This document shows positions 16,972 to 25,204 of a stretch of DNA of 47,265 bases, one piece after another. A program made the position numbers and the translations under genes. The notes beneath the pieces are model-generated. The model was not told where the DNA came from, did no database searches, and saw only the letters and a list, made by a program, of their open reading frames with translations. The stretch's first letter is position 1. Each line of letters begins with the position of its first letter. This stretch comes from Candidatus Saccharimonadota bacterium (GTDB lineage: Bacteria; Patescibacteriota; Saccharimonadia; Saccharimonadales; UBA10212): the NCBI GenBank assembly GCA_028288985.1, contig JAQGHE010000051.1:1-47265 (forward strand), given 5' to 3'.

Positions 16972-17069
16972 CGCCTTGCTCAGGCGAGCCCATAGATGCC
17001 CGGACCAAAACTGCAGTCTTCCAGGTGAGACTCCAAGCCTGAACTTGAAATCTGTTTTCCTATTGATGC
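16972..17069 (+). repeat. Composite junction repeat (degenerate module S plus module J)
   Basis: CGCCTTGCTCAGGCGAGCCCATAGATGCCCGGACCA (compare the reverse complement of 26015-26052), then CTCCAAGCCTGAAC...TGTTTTCCTATTGATGC (compare 17781-17821 and the reverse complement of 25150-25204). Confidence 0.85.
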
Positions 17070-17677
17070 ACTGCCGGCTGAGGCTGGTCCAGGTCGCCGA
17101 ACAGACGTTCTTCCCAGTACTGTGCGCCTGTATGGTCGCTCACAGTGGCGACGTACTCGCTTGCATACGATGCAAGGTCTTTGCAGCCTTGGGGTGTGTC
17201 TGGATAAACAGGGGTCAGAGGCACACCTTCGACAACAGTATCATATAAGCAGATGCCCATCTCTTCTTCTGGTACGTCACCGAAAGCGGGCATATATCTT
17301 TCGGCAAAGTAGTCACTCGTGATGTGCGCAGCTTCAATCTCTTCCTCCAACTCAGATATGGTATATCCTCCAGCTTCACGAGAGTCATAAAGAGGTATAT
17401 GGTAGCCATTGGAGTCTTTAGGGTGCTTCCAATTTAGAGGCACTCTGCGAATCTTATAATGGCCGCTTGAACCTTTTTCTTTTCTCGTTATGGAGGCTTT
17501 GGCGTTTTCTAACGCCTCATCAAAATGTGATCCTTTTCCCTTTTGCGTTCCGTTGGCTAGATAGGCTGCCTGCAAAGCTTCGCCATAATCAGCCTTGCCT
17601 ATAGCTAACTTGGCTATCTTCATATGCGCATAAGCGCGGCGCTCGCGAGGATTGGTCGATTCCGGTCCAAAAGCCAT
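17060..17677 (-). CDS. Hypothetical protein
   Basis: Track ORF 17060-17698. The minus strand reads GGTATAATattgctcctAAGGAGttattttATG, so I prefer the ATG at 17677 (MAFGPEST...). The stop codon and last codons lie inside repeat module J. Confidence 0.55.
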   Translation of the reverse strand: MAFGPESTNPRERRAYAHMKIAKLAIGKADYGEALQAAYLANGTQKGKGSHFDEALENAKASITRKEKGSSGHYKIRRVPLNWKHPKDSNGYHIPLYDSREAGGYTISELEEEIEAAHITSDYFAERYMPAFGDVPEEEMGICLYDTVVEGVPLTPVYPDTPQGCKDLASYASEYVATVSDHTGAQYWEERLFGDLDQPQPAVHQ

Positions 17678-17742
17678 AAAATAACTCCTTAGGAGCAATA
17701 TTATACCACCTTTTACACTAGTTTTCTACCCTCCAGACCGTG

Positions 17743-17821
17743 CCCTTCGGTTAGACATGCGTTTGGCCGCGACCTTGCGGCTTCACTCATCCTTCTGTTT
17801 TCCTATTGATGCCCGGACCCA
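17743..17821 (+). repeat. Left 79-nt inverted repeat (IR-L) bracketing the AT-rich core
   Basis: CCCTTCGGTTAGACATGCGTTTGGCCGCGACCTTGCGGCTTCACTCATCCTTCTGTTTTCCTATTGATGCCCGGACCCA. It differs at 6 of 79 positions from the reverse complement of 24296-24375 (hand alignment). Confidence 0.9.
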
Positions 17822-17891
17822 CACTTGTGATGAATGTCATTGTTATTTATCACGCTTACGTATATTATCCGAGCAACAAGAGGGGGTGGGT

Positions 17892-18488
17892 ATGCTTGAT
17901 AGATTTAAGGCATTATCCATCGGCAAGAAAATTGCCGTTGGGGTTGCTTCATTATTTGCGATTGGCATAGTTGGCGGAGCCGTTAATCCAAGTTCCAATT
18001 CTTCAATAAATCAGACTTCAGCTGTTTCCAATCGGAATGGAATAAATACAACTTCTCATACAGCTCAGCCAGTACCCGAAATTAAAGAAGTTACAGAGAC
18101 GCAGTCGATTCCTTTCGAATCAACAACTCAACAAGACCCTTCTTCACCCTCGGGCCAAACATTTATTGCTGTCACCGGATCGAACGGTACAAAAACAGTT
18201 ACCTATAAGGTTACCTACGAAAATGGCGTAGAGAAAAGCCGCGAAAAAGTCTCGGAAACTGTAACTGCTCAGCCAGTCACTCAAATAACCAAAGTCGGCA
18301 CGTATGTTGCTCCGAGCTGCCCGAACGGAACCTATGTAAATACCTATGGCAACACTGTCTGCAGCCCATACAGTGCCCCATCAACACCAGCAGGAGCTAC
18401 AGCTAGATGCGTTGATGGCACATACAGCTTTAGCCAATCACGAAGCGGCACCTGCTCCCACCACGGCGGCGTCGCCACCTGGCTCTAG
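17892..18488 (+). CDS. Membrane-anchored exported protein with G5-like domain and C-terminal DUF3761-like Cys-rich domain
   Basis: Start chosen at ATG 17892 (MLDRFKALSIGKK...) after GAGGGGG. The upstream part of track ORF 17757-18488 runs through the repeat. N-terminal TM. VTYKVTYENGVEKSREKVSETVTAQPVTQITKVGT is G5-like. RCVDGTYSFSQSRSGTCSHHGGVATWL is DUF3761-like. Confidence 0.55.
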   Translation: MLDRFKALSIGKKIAVGVASLFAIGIVGGAVNPSSNSSINQTSAVSNRNGINTTSHTAQPVPEIKEVTETQSIPFESTTQQDPSSPSGQTFIAVTGSNGTKTVTYKVTYENGVEKSREKVSETVTAQPVTQITKVGTYVAPSCPNGTYVNTYGNTVCSPYSAPSTPAGATARCVDGTYSFSQSRSGTCSHHGGVATWL

Positions 18489-18490
18489 TA

Positions 18491-19261
18491 CTAAGCCTCT
18501 GCTGTTGCCGTCTTTCTTTCAGTAACACTTTTTCTTTTTTTTGCTTCATCCAAATGTATTAGGGCTAGGCTGGCGAGGTTTAAATACGCAACTGCTTTTT
18601 CAATAGAATCGATCTCAGTCAACTTGTGCGCCTTCTCATTCCTAAAATTTACTATAGAAAGCCATAGATTAAGCACCCCACATTGAAAATCTTTTTCAGC
18701 CTGTTGAGGATTATTTACATAGTAAAAAATAGGTCTTTCGCCTCCAAATGAATACCTAACCAACGAATCTCCATCCTTTTCCTGCCCACTGGGCTGCTTT
18801 GGATAGCCAGATTTTTTCTTTAGATAATCCAAGGCGCCAATAAAAGCATCGTGAACAGCATTTCTATACATCTTTTTTTCAAAGGCATTTTGGGCAGCTG
18901 AAACTACTAGGGGGTGTAGGGAAGATATAACTTCTGGTGTAAGTTTGCCGGCTTGTTTTTCCAGAGCCCTGGCCTCTATAGGGTCAGACTCGAGTCGCTC
19001 AAACACTTCTAGTATTTCTATACCCCTGCCAATTTCATTTTGCGCTTCCTTGTCTTCTAATTCCTCTAAATTATCGCCAAAACCAATGACACTCACTTCT
19101 CCTATATCGCCAAATTCTTGGACGAGCCTATTCTTTGCACCATAGTTTTTCTCGAGGAGTATTAGAGTAAGGTCTTTCCACTTCCTGAACTCGCTTATCG
19201 CAAAATTCTCCTTGATATTTCTACCATCCTGGATCTGTTGGCGCAATTGTTCCGGACTCAT
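18491..19261 (-). CDS. HEPN-superfamily protein, TIGR02391 (Ymh/Abi-like) C-terminal domain
   Basis: The C-terminal half has LHPLVVSAAQNAFEKKMYRNAVHDAF...DGDSLVRYSF...NFRNEKAH (Rx4H HEPN motif)...AVAYLNLASLALIHLD. Start taken at ATG 19261 (MSPEQL...), one nt after the TAA of the upstream gene. The track start at 19309 would overlap that gene by 47 nt. Confidence 0.6.
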   Translation of the reverse strand: MSPEQLRQQIQDGRNIKENFAISEFRKWKDLTLILLEKNYGAKNRLVQEFGDIGEVSVIGFGDNLEELEDKEAQNEIGRGIEILEVFERLESDPIEARALEKQAGKLTPEVISSLHPLVVSAAQNAFEKKMYRNAVHDAFIGALDYLKKKSGYPKQPSGQEKDGDSLVRYSFGGERPIFYYVNNPQQAEKDFQCGVLNLWLSIVNFRNEKAHKLTEIDSIEKAVAYLNLASLALIHLDEAKKRKSVTERKTATAEA

Positions 19262-19262
19262 T

Positions 19263-19553
19263 TTATCTACACTCCGGGAGATTAAGTAAATTATTCGACC
19301 AACGGCCATCTGTTTGAGTTTGCAAATATTTCGTGCCGGCTGGGCTCACTAATACATAACAGTATGCCTTCTGAGACCCATCGCCCACATAAGCCACTCC
19401 TCTTTTATTTTGCAGAAAATCTACCATGACAGCACGCGAAGCTCTACCATTCTCTCCTGTCTGTTCGTTCCTCCACCCGTAATAGCTTATTGCCTCGTGT
19501 GGATTGTAATGGTTTCCGTAGTCCTTATTTATGCAAATTATTCTAACGGCCAT
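19263..19553 (-). CDS. DUF3892-like small protein
   Basis: 96 aa: MAVRIICINKD...HEAISYYGW...SRAVMVDFLQ..GVAYVG......CYVLVSPAGTKYLQTQTDGRWSNNLLNLPEC. This matches my recollection of the DUF3892 pattern. Translationally coupled to the HEPN gene (TAA-A-ATG). Confidence 0.5.
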   Translation of the reverse strand: MAVRIICINKDYGNHYNPHEAISYYGWRNEQTGENGRASRAVMVDFLQNKRGVAYVGDGSQKAYCYVLVSPAGTKYLQTQTDGRWSNNLLNLPECR

Positions 19554-19813
19554 TTTAATATTCTCCTCAAATTTACTTATACCCTTTTTGAAGTTTTTGT
19601 TTAGAAGAAGACCAGCATCTTGGTGCTGTTTTATCTGTCGTTATAGGGCTTGCAGTCTCTGACTGTAGTGCTCTAGGCCAGATCCACGGCCCAGTGGAGC
19701 TCCGCTTCTAAGAGTGTTGCTTCTCGCTGTTGAAAAATATTTTACAGTTCGCTTATGCTTTTGTCAACCTTATTAGGAAGCTGTTATTTTCTAGTATTGT
19801 TAGGATTCTGTCG

Positions 19814-20680
19814 TCATCCTATTATCTCCAGAGCAGGGCGCACAACTCTCAGTATATTTTCTGATCGATTCTTACTATTTAAATGCAGGGTTGAAAACAG
19901 AAAAAACCCCTTTCCATAAGGTATCTGTATCACGGGAGTGTAGTCGCCTTGAGGACCATCAATGAAACTGCTCTTATGGAATAAATTTACACTGGTATGT
20001 GTTAATTGAATCACGCGAGCGATTCCTTGCTCTAGATCTTTCCCGGAGGCAATTCCTCATACATAATGATTTAGTTTTTGAGTTAGTATCGATTTTAGAA
20101 AAGGTCTCTCCAAAGAATAACCATCTGCAAGCGGTGTTGTATCAATACTTCTTTTCAAGTTCTCGTCGTATGCATAGTAGAAAGGTATGTCAGCTATGTT
20201 GATATACGTGCCCCCGTGTTTTACGTATTCAAAAATATTATTAAGTGATGTGAGCTGCGAAAAGTCCTTCTCGGGATAGTTGCCCCCAAAAGGATTAACT
20301 ATAATGGCATATGCTTTAAATGATCGCTCAGTTTTACTTACTTTATGTCTGATGTTCTTTTGATTCAATATATTACATATTGCTTCTAGGTCTCCATCGA
20401 TCCAAGAGGAATTATTTTCATTAATGACATAAGGGGCGTATATACAGATGCGTCTCAAACGAGCATTCATCTTCCTGATAATCCAGTAGACAGCACTTTT
20501 AAGCCACTCCAATAAACCAACGCCTATCAGGATAAGAATAATAGATAAAAAAATTAGGTAATTTCGATATGCCCATGCCGTTTGATTGTAGAGAGTTGCC
20601 ACTATTCCAAGCAAAGCGCCGGCAAATAAAAGGCTGAGCTCTTTAATCACATGGTATAACTTTTTTATGTCTCCATGCAT
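19814..20680 (-). pseudogene. Membrane-anchored protein of unknown function interrupted by a single in-frame TGA
   Basis: ORF 20057-20680 (207 aa, two N-terminal TM helices) ends ...KLNHYV-TGA (20059-20057). The same frame continues open (GIASGKDLEQGIARVIQLTHTS...) through track ORF 19814-20014, and 20680-20014 is a multiple of 3. Confidence 0.5.
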
Positions 20681-20823
20681 ATCTAAACGAATATTTGCTG
20701 GAGGAGGACTTTTTTGAACAGTTTGGCCTGCTCCAGCTCCTTTTCTGATTAAAATTATACGCCGAACAATAGGAAACTGTTATTTCTGGTTTCTTAGCCG
20801 CGTGACTTACAATATGGATAACT

Positions 20824-23559
20824 ATGCCCTTATCATGGAACGAAATTAGAATTCAAGCTGCTGGATTCGCGGAAAGATGGAAAGATGAGTCTAGCGAAAG
20901 CGCAGAGAAACAAACTTTTTGGAATGAGTTTTTTTCTATATTTGGTATGGATAGGCGCAGTGTGGCACTTTACGAAAAAGCGGTGGATCGTTTCAGTGGA
21001 GCTACGGGCTTTATAGACTTGTTTGTTCCTGGTCAGCTAATTGTTGAGCACAAGAGCGGCAATCAGCCCCTAGACCCAGCCTTTGACCAGGCAGCTGACT
21101 ATGCATTACTTCTTTCGCCCAGTGATCGGCCCCGATATATAATTACATCCAATTTTCACACCTTTCGTCTTTATGACTTAGTTACGGTTTCAAAACAAAA
21201 CGAGTGGACATTTTCCTTAAAGGACTTAGCCAAAAATATTGGTAAATTCGGGTTTATAGCCGGTTACAATAAGCAAGAAGTTTTTGAGGAAGATCCCGTC
21301 AACCGACAGGCTGCCGAGCGTTTAGCTGAGCTGCACGACCAACTCACGGATACCGGCTATAAGGGCCACGATTTGGAAGTACTGCTCGTTAGGCTTCTTT
21401 TCTGTTTATTCGCTGAAGATAGTCATGTTTTTGAAAAAGGAATTTTTCATGATTTTATATACGATCGAACCGATATAGATGGCTCTAATCTTGGAGCCCA
21501 GCTAAATTCACTTTTTGAAGTATTAAACACACCAAAGGAAAAACGCCAATCAAATTTGGATGAAACTTTAGCAGCCTTCCCATATGTTAACGGCAAGTTG
21601 TTTACTGAAAGAATCGCGCCCGCCAGCTTTGACCATAAGATGAGAGATAGAATATTAAATGCAGCGCATGACATAAATTGGAGCGAGATTAGTCCGGCTA
21701 TTTTTGGTGCTATGTTTCAGGGCGTAATAGATCCTAAAATCAGAAGACACCTCGGAGCTCACTATACAAGCGAGCAAAACATCATAAAAGTTATTAAGCC
21801 TCTTTTTTTGGATGCATTGTGGGAGGAATTTAATAAGGCTAAGGACTATAGGCCCCAATTGAACGAATTCCACGACAAACTAGGGAGTCTAACATTCATG
21901 GACCCAGCCTGTGGTTGCGGCAATTTTTTAGTCGTTACTTATCGAGAATTAAGGAAACTTGAACTAGAAGTTTTAAAAACAAAGTACTCTATTCCGGGCT
22001 TAGATATGAAAGAGATGGAGCTAGATTTATCTACTGTCACAAGGTGCAATGTGGATCAGTTCTATGGCCTTGAAATAGAAGAATTCCCGGCGCAAATAGC
22101 ACAGGTCGCTTTATGGCTAACCGATATGCAAATGAATAATGAGGCGGCCGACTATTTTGGCAAACCACTGCTCAGATTGCCTTTAACTCAATCTCCTACA
22201 ATCGTGCAGGGGGACGCGTTAACTACAGACTGGGAAGAACTGATTGAACCGAGTAAGCTATCTTATCTTCTCGGGAATCCTCCATATGCTGGCTATAAAC
22301 TCCAAGATGCTGATCAGAAAATTGCACTTTCTAAATATACCGATTCTATTGAGGGAGGCGGAATTTTAGATTTTGTATGTGGGTGGTTTTTGAAAGCAGC
22401 CAAGTATACAGAAGGTACTACAATTATGAGTGCTTTTGTTGCTACGAACTCAATCGTACAGGGCGAACACGTTACGCCACTGTGGCGTACTTTATTTAAT
22501 AAAGGTATCCACATTAATTTCGCCCACCAAACATTTAAGTGGAGCAATGAAGGAAGAGGAAGCGCGGGAGTTCATTGTGTAATCGTTGGCTTTAGCTATG
22601 TAGAAAAAGAACAAGTGAGTCTTTTTGAATACATATCTGCCTCGGGAGATCCTCATGAACTTATAGTAAATCACATAAATGGATACCTCCTCCCGGGGGA
22701 AGATATATTTATAGAAAAACGCAGTAAGCCATTTCGGACTTGGCCTGCCATTAACTACGGCAATGAACCTAGAGAAGGCAATTTTCTGATTTTTGACTCA
22801 GAAGATAGTAAGAATTCTTTCATAGACATGGAACCTCTCTCTGAAAAATTTATAAGACGATTCATGAGTGCCGAGGACTTCATAAATAGAACTGGTCGCT
22901 GGTGCTTATGGTTGGTAGACGCTTCACCAGGTCAGCTCCGAGAGATGCCGCATGTACTTAATAAACTTAGGGAAGTTAGAGATTTTCGTAAAGAATCAAA
23001 ACAAAAAGCTGCCCATTCGGCGGCTAGCACACCATCTCTATTCGTTTCTATCAGACAGCCAGATAAAGACTACCTCCTGATCCCTATAGTTTCTTCCGAG
23101 AATCGTCGTTATATACCAGTTGGTTGGGTTGACAAAGATGTGATTGCAAGCAATGCGGTCTTTACCTCAATGGAAGCTTCACTTTTCCACTTCGGCGTCT
23201 TAATAAGCGAAATGCACATGACATGGATGCGTCATATATGCGGTAGATTGGAAAGTCGTTATAGATATTCAAATACAATTGTTTACAATACCTTTCCTTG
23301 GCCTAACTGCAACGAAGAAGAGCAAGAAAATATAGCGAACCTTGGGAAAAAAGTGCTTGACGCTCGGAATGAGTATCCTGGAGATTCTTTGGCAGAAATG
23401 TATGATCCACTAACCATGCAACCAACCCTTCAAAAAGCTCATCAAGCATTAGACGCCGCTGTTGATGAACTATACAGAAAAGAGAAATTTACGACCGACT
23501 CAGAACGAATGCAGTTGCTTTTAGCCCTTTACAAGGGATTGGCTAACATAGAGGGGTAA
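20824..23559 (+). CDS. MmeI-like type IIL (IIG/IIS) bifunctional restriction endonuclease / N6-adenine DNA methyltransferase
   Basis: 911 aa. The N-terminal FIDLFVPGQLIVEHKS is a D-x(n)-ExK nuclease motif. FMDPACGCGNFLV is SAM motif I and LLGNPPYAG is catalytic motif IV (NPPY). A long C-terminal target-recognition region follows. Size and order match MmeI-family enzymes. Confidence 0.8.
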   Translation: MPLSWNEIRIQAAGFAERWKDESSESAEKQTFWNEFFSIFGMDRRSVALYEKAVDRFSGATGFIDLFVPGQLIVEHKSGNQPLDPAFDQAADYALLLSPSDRPRYIITSNFHTFRLYDLVTVSKQNEWTFSLKDLAKNIGKFGFIAGYNKQEVFEEDPVNRQAAERLAELHDQLTDTGYKGHDLEVLLVRLLFCLFAEDSHVFEKGIFHDFIYDRTDIDGSNLGAQLNSLFEVLNTPKEKRQSNLDETLAAFPYVNGKLFTERIAPASFDHKMRDRILNAAHDINWSEISPAIFGAMFQGVIDPKIRRHLGAHYTSEQNIIKVIKPLFLDALWEEFNKAKDYRPQLNEFHDKLGSLTFMDPACGCGNFLVVTYRELRKLELEVLKTKYSIPGLDMKEMELDLSTVTRCNVDQFYGLEIEEFPAQIAQVALWLTDMQMNNEAADYFGKPLLRLPLTQSPTIVQGDALTTDWEELIEPSKLSYLLGNPPYAGYKLQDADQKIALSKYTDSIEGGGILDFVCGWFLKAAKYTEGTTIMSAFVATNSIVQGEHVTPLWRTLFNKGIHINFAHQTFKWSNEGRGSAGVHCVIVGFSYVEKEQVSLFEYISASGDPHELIVNHINGYLLPGEDIFIEKRSKPFRTWPAINYGNEPREGNFLIFDSEDSKNSFIDMEPLSEKFIRRFMSAEDFINRTGRWCLWLVDASPGQLREMPHVLNKLREVRDFRKESKQKAAHSAASTPSLFVSIRQPDKDYLLIPIVSSENRRYIPVGWVDKDVIASNAVFTSMEASLFHFGVLISEMHMTWMRHICGRLESRYRYSNTIVYNTFPWPNCNEEEQENIANLGKKVLDARNEYPGDSLAEMYDPLTMQPTLQKAHQALDAAVDELYRKEKFTTDSERMQLLLALYKGLANIEG

Positions 23560-23585
23560 ATTATATCCTTGAGGAGTTCAGTGTG

Positions 23586-23885
23586 TCAGGGATTAACTTT
23601 GAATACTCCTGCTGGGTCATTAGCTGGAGGCACCTGCACAGTACGAATCTGAGAAGGATGATAGTACCCATCTCTGTATAGTGCGTTATTGAAGTGTTGC
23701 TGGTCTAAGATGATGGCTGTTGCTCCAAGTACCATACTGACAAGAGTAATCGCTACGATTATCAAAATGGAATATACAAGTATCTCATTTCGCAAAAACC
23801 TGTCTTGCGTATTTTTGTCTAACTGTTCAAAAGTAATAGTGCCGTTATCAAGAGTGGGCACTCGTATAGAAGCTTCGTCACTCAT
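23586..23885 (-). CDS. Hypothetical small single-pass membrane protein
   Basis: 99 aa with a central TM (ILVYSILIIVAITLVSMVLGATAIIL). Its ATG overlaps the end of the upstream ORF (ATGAGTGA, 8-nt overlap). Confidence 0.5.
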   Translation of the reverse strand: MSDEASIRVPTLDNGTITFEQLDKNTQDRFLRNEILVYSILIIVAITLVSMVLGATAIILDQQHFNNALYRDGYYHPSQIRTVQVPPANDPAGVFKVNP

Positions 23886-24105
23886 TATATATTCCAGTGA
23901 TTACGCTTGGCGCACCGCCAGGTTGTTCTTCAACCTCCAGGTCCCTCCCGTAATACTGGAATAAATCGAAGCCACTAAATAGTACGCCCTTGCTGTAGCT
24001 AGTTTCAGGACTAAGAACTACACCGGCAATCTTGATTGGTTTTTTAGGCCTAATACTGCCGTCAGGGTTTAGCTGAAATAAATCCCAGAATTTTATTCGT
24101 GCCAT
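23878..24105 (-). CDS. Hypothetical small soluble protein, first gene of a two-gene operon
   Basis: 75-aa ORF. Translationally coupled to 23586-23885. No family recognised. Confidence 0.45.
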   Translation of the reverse strand: MARIKFWDLFQLNPDGSIRPKKPIKIAGVVLSPETSYSKGVLFSGFDLFQYYGRDLEVEEQPGGAPSVITGIYNE

Positions 24106-24295
24106 TTTCTCATTTTTATTTTAGCATTAGTAGCTGGTTTCATTATAACTCCTCTATAAGCTTAAGCAATACAATTATCCTAATAAGAAATAACCATAAT
24201 CGAGTTATTCAAGCCTTGGTTGATCTCAAGCATAGTTAAATTCTACATAGTGTGGTTGATGTTTCAGGCTGGGGTTGCCTGAACAAGGCGTGTTT

Positions 24296-24375
24296 TGGGT
24301 CCGGGCATCAATAGGAAAACAGAAGGATGAGTGAAGCTGGCAAGATGACGGCCAAACGCATGTCTAACCAAAGGG
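24296..24375 (-). repeat. Right 79-nt inverted repeat (IR-R) bracketing the AT-rich core
   Basis: The reverse complement reads CCCTTTGGTTAGACATGCGTTTGGCCGTCATCTTGCCAGCTTCACTCATCCTTCTGTTTTCCTATTGATGCCCGGACCCA, matching 17743-17821. Confidence 0.9.
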
Positions 24376-24442
24376 CGATCGGATTGGTCCACTTGCCAGC
24401 AAGCGAATCCTATCTGCTTTTTCCGTCTGCCCGGCGGTGGGT

Positions 24443-24509
24443 GCTACCTTGCCGCCCAAGGTAGCAAAAATTATCTGAGCTTGGTAATACCTTTTCGGCA
24501 AAAGGTATT
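24443..24509. repeat. Two palindromic hairpins of the TACCTT...AAGGTA family
   Basis: GCTACCTTG-ccgc-CCAAGGTAGC (24443-24465) and AATACCTTTTCGGCAAAAGGTATT (24486-24509). Confidence 0.8.
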
Positions 24510-24556
24510 AAAATTTTTGATTCGGAGGTTAACAGTGTGGTCGAGCCCTGGGGCTA

Positions 24557-24585
24557 TTGATTTTTGGAAAGATTTATGTTATTAT
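24557..24585 (+). promoter_or_regulatory. Promoter TTGATT-17 nt-TATTAT (TGn extended -10) upstream of 24704-25075
   Basis: Hexamers and spacing counted by hand. It would give a leader of about 110 nt containing two GGACCCGAATCCCG direct repeats. Confidence 0.5.
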
Positions 24586-24703
24586 ATCGATGGTTCGTTG
24601 ACAACTTGCAGAGGTGACTCCTAAGGACCCGAATCCCGGCTTAAAAGAACCGGAACAGTGGACCCGAATCCCGCTCATCCCGAGCGGAACAGAGAGGAGC
24701 ATC

Positions 24704-25075
24704 ATGGTTAAAGTATTCTATAAGTGCATCAACAACGGCGTAGTGGCCATTGTCGACGAGGCGATCTACAACCTCATCGAGGAGTACGGGCGGCTGCCGG
24801 AGAACCTCCGTGCGGTCACCCTTTACCCGACGCCGATCTTCACGTTTGTGGAGGCGGACTTCCTGGACCACACGACCTACCACGGGTACGTCACCGGCAG
24901 CACCGAGCTGATGGACGCCCTTCTGCGCAACGCAATCGTCGTGGAACGGAACTTCTACGTCCCGTTCAGCAACTGCAGCCACATCAACGGCGACACCGCG
25001 GAGCTGCGCTACCGCACCACTCTCGACGACGCCGTTGGTGCCTTCGGCTTGCTGGAGGCGCTGCTGCCCGTCTAA
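24704..25075 (+). CDS. Hypothetical protein (GC3-rich cassette)
   Basis: Start chosen at ATG 24704 (MVKVFYKCINNG...), preceded by GAGAGGAG. The track ORF starts at 24614. Overlapping ORFs 24641-25099 (-) and 24724-25212 (+) are GC-rich shadows. Confidence 0.5.
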   Translation: MVKVFYKCINNGVVAIVDEAIYNLIEEYGRLPENLRAVTLYPTPIFTFVEADFLDHTTYHGYVTGSTELMDALLRNAIVVERNFYVPFSNCSHINGDTAELRYRTTLDDAVGAFGLLEALLPV

Positions 25076-25105
25076 CCAACTACCACCTCTGCACTGCAAC
25101 GAACC

Positions 25106-25135
25106 AGGGCGCCGCTCACCACGGCGCCCTTTTTT
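25106..25135 (+). terminator. Intrinsic terminator AGGGCGCCG-ctcacca-CGGCGCCCT plus TTTTTT
   Basis: 9-bp GC stem followed by a T-run, 30 nt after the stop of 24704-25075. Confidence 0.7.
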
Positions 25136-25149
25136 ATATCAGTCATCCA

Positions 25150-25204
25150 AGGCCCGGGCATCAATATGAAACGGTTTGCTTAATTTCAGGCTTGGAGGGT
25201 TGCC
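25150..25204 (-). repeat. Module J copy (reverse orientation)
   Basis: The reverse complement reads GGCAACCCTCCAAGCCTGAAATTAAGCAAACCGTTTCATATTGATGCCCGGGCC, paralleling 17031-17069. Confidence 0.8.

Noticed and set aside
17743-17821. Integron attC site / CALIN interpretation (GGTTAGAC contains GTTAGAC, which fits the GTTRRRY core)
   Set aside because: I see no matching RYYYAAC inverse core at attC-like spacing on the same unit, no intI gene, and modules far longer and more conserved than typical attC sites. I kept this only as a generic recombination-site hypothesis.
20057-20059. TGA recoding (genetic code 25 or 4) to explain the in-frame TGA in the membrane protein gene
   Set aside because: TGA clearly functions as a stop elsewhere in the window, for example at atpG (43025-43027), the LLM gene (15309-15311) and the XRE gene. 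Conserved genes such as atpA and atpD contain no internal TGA.
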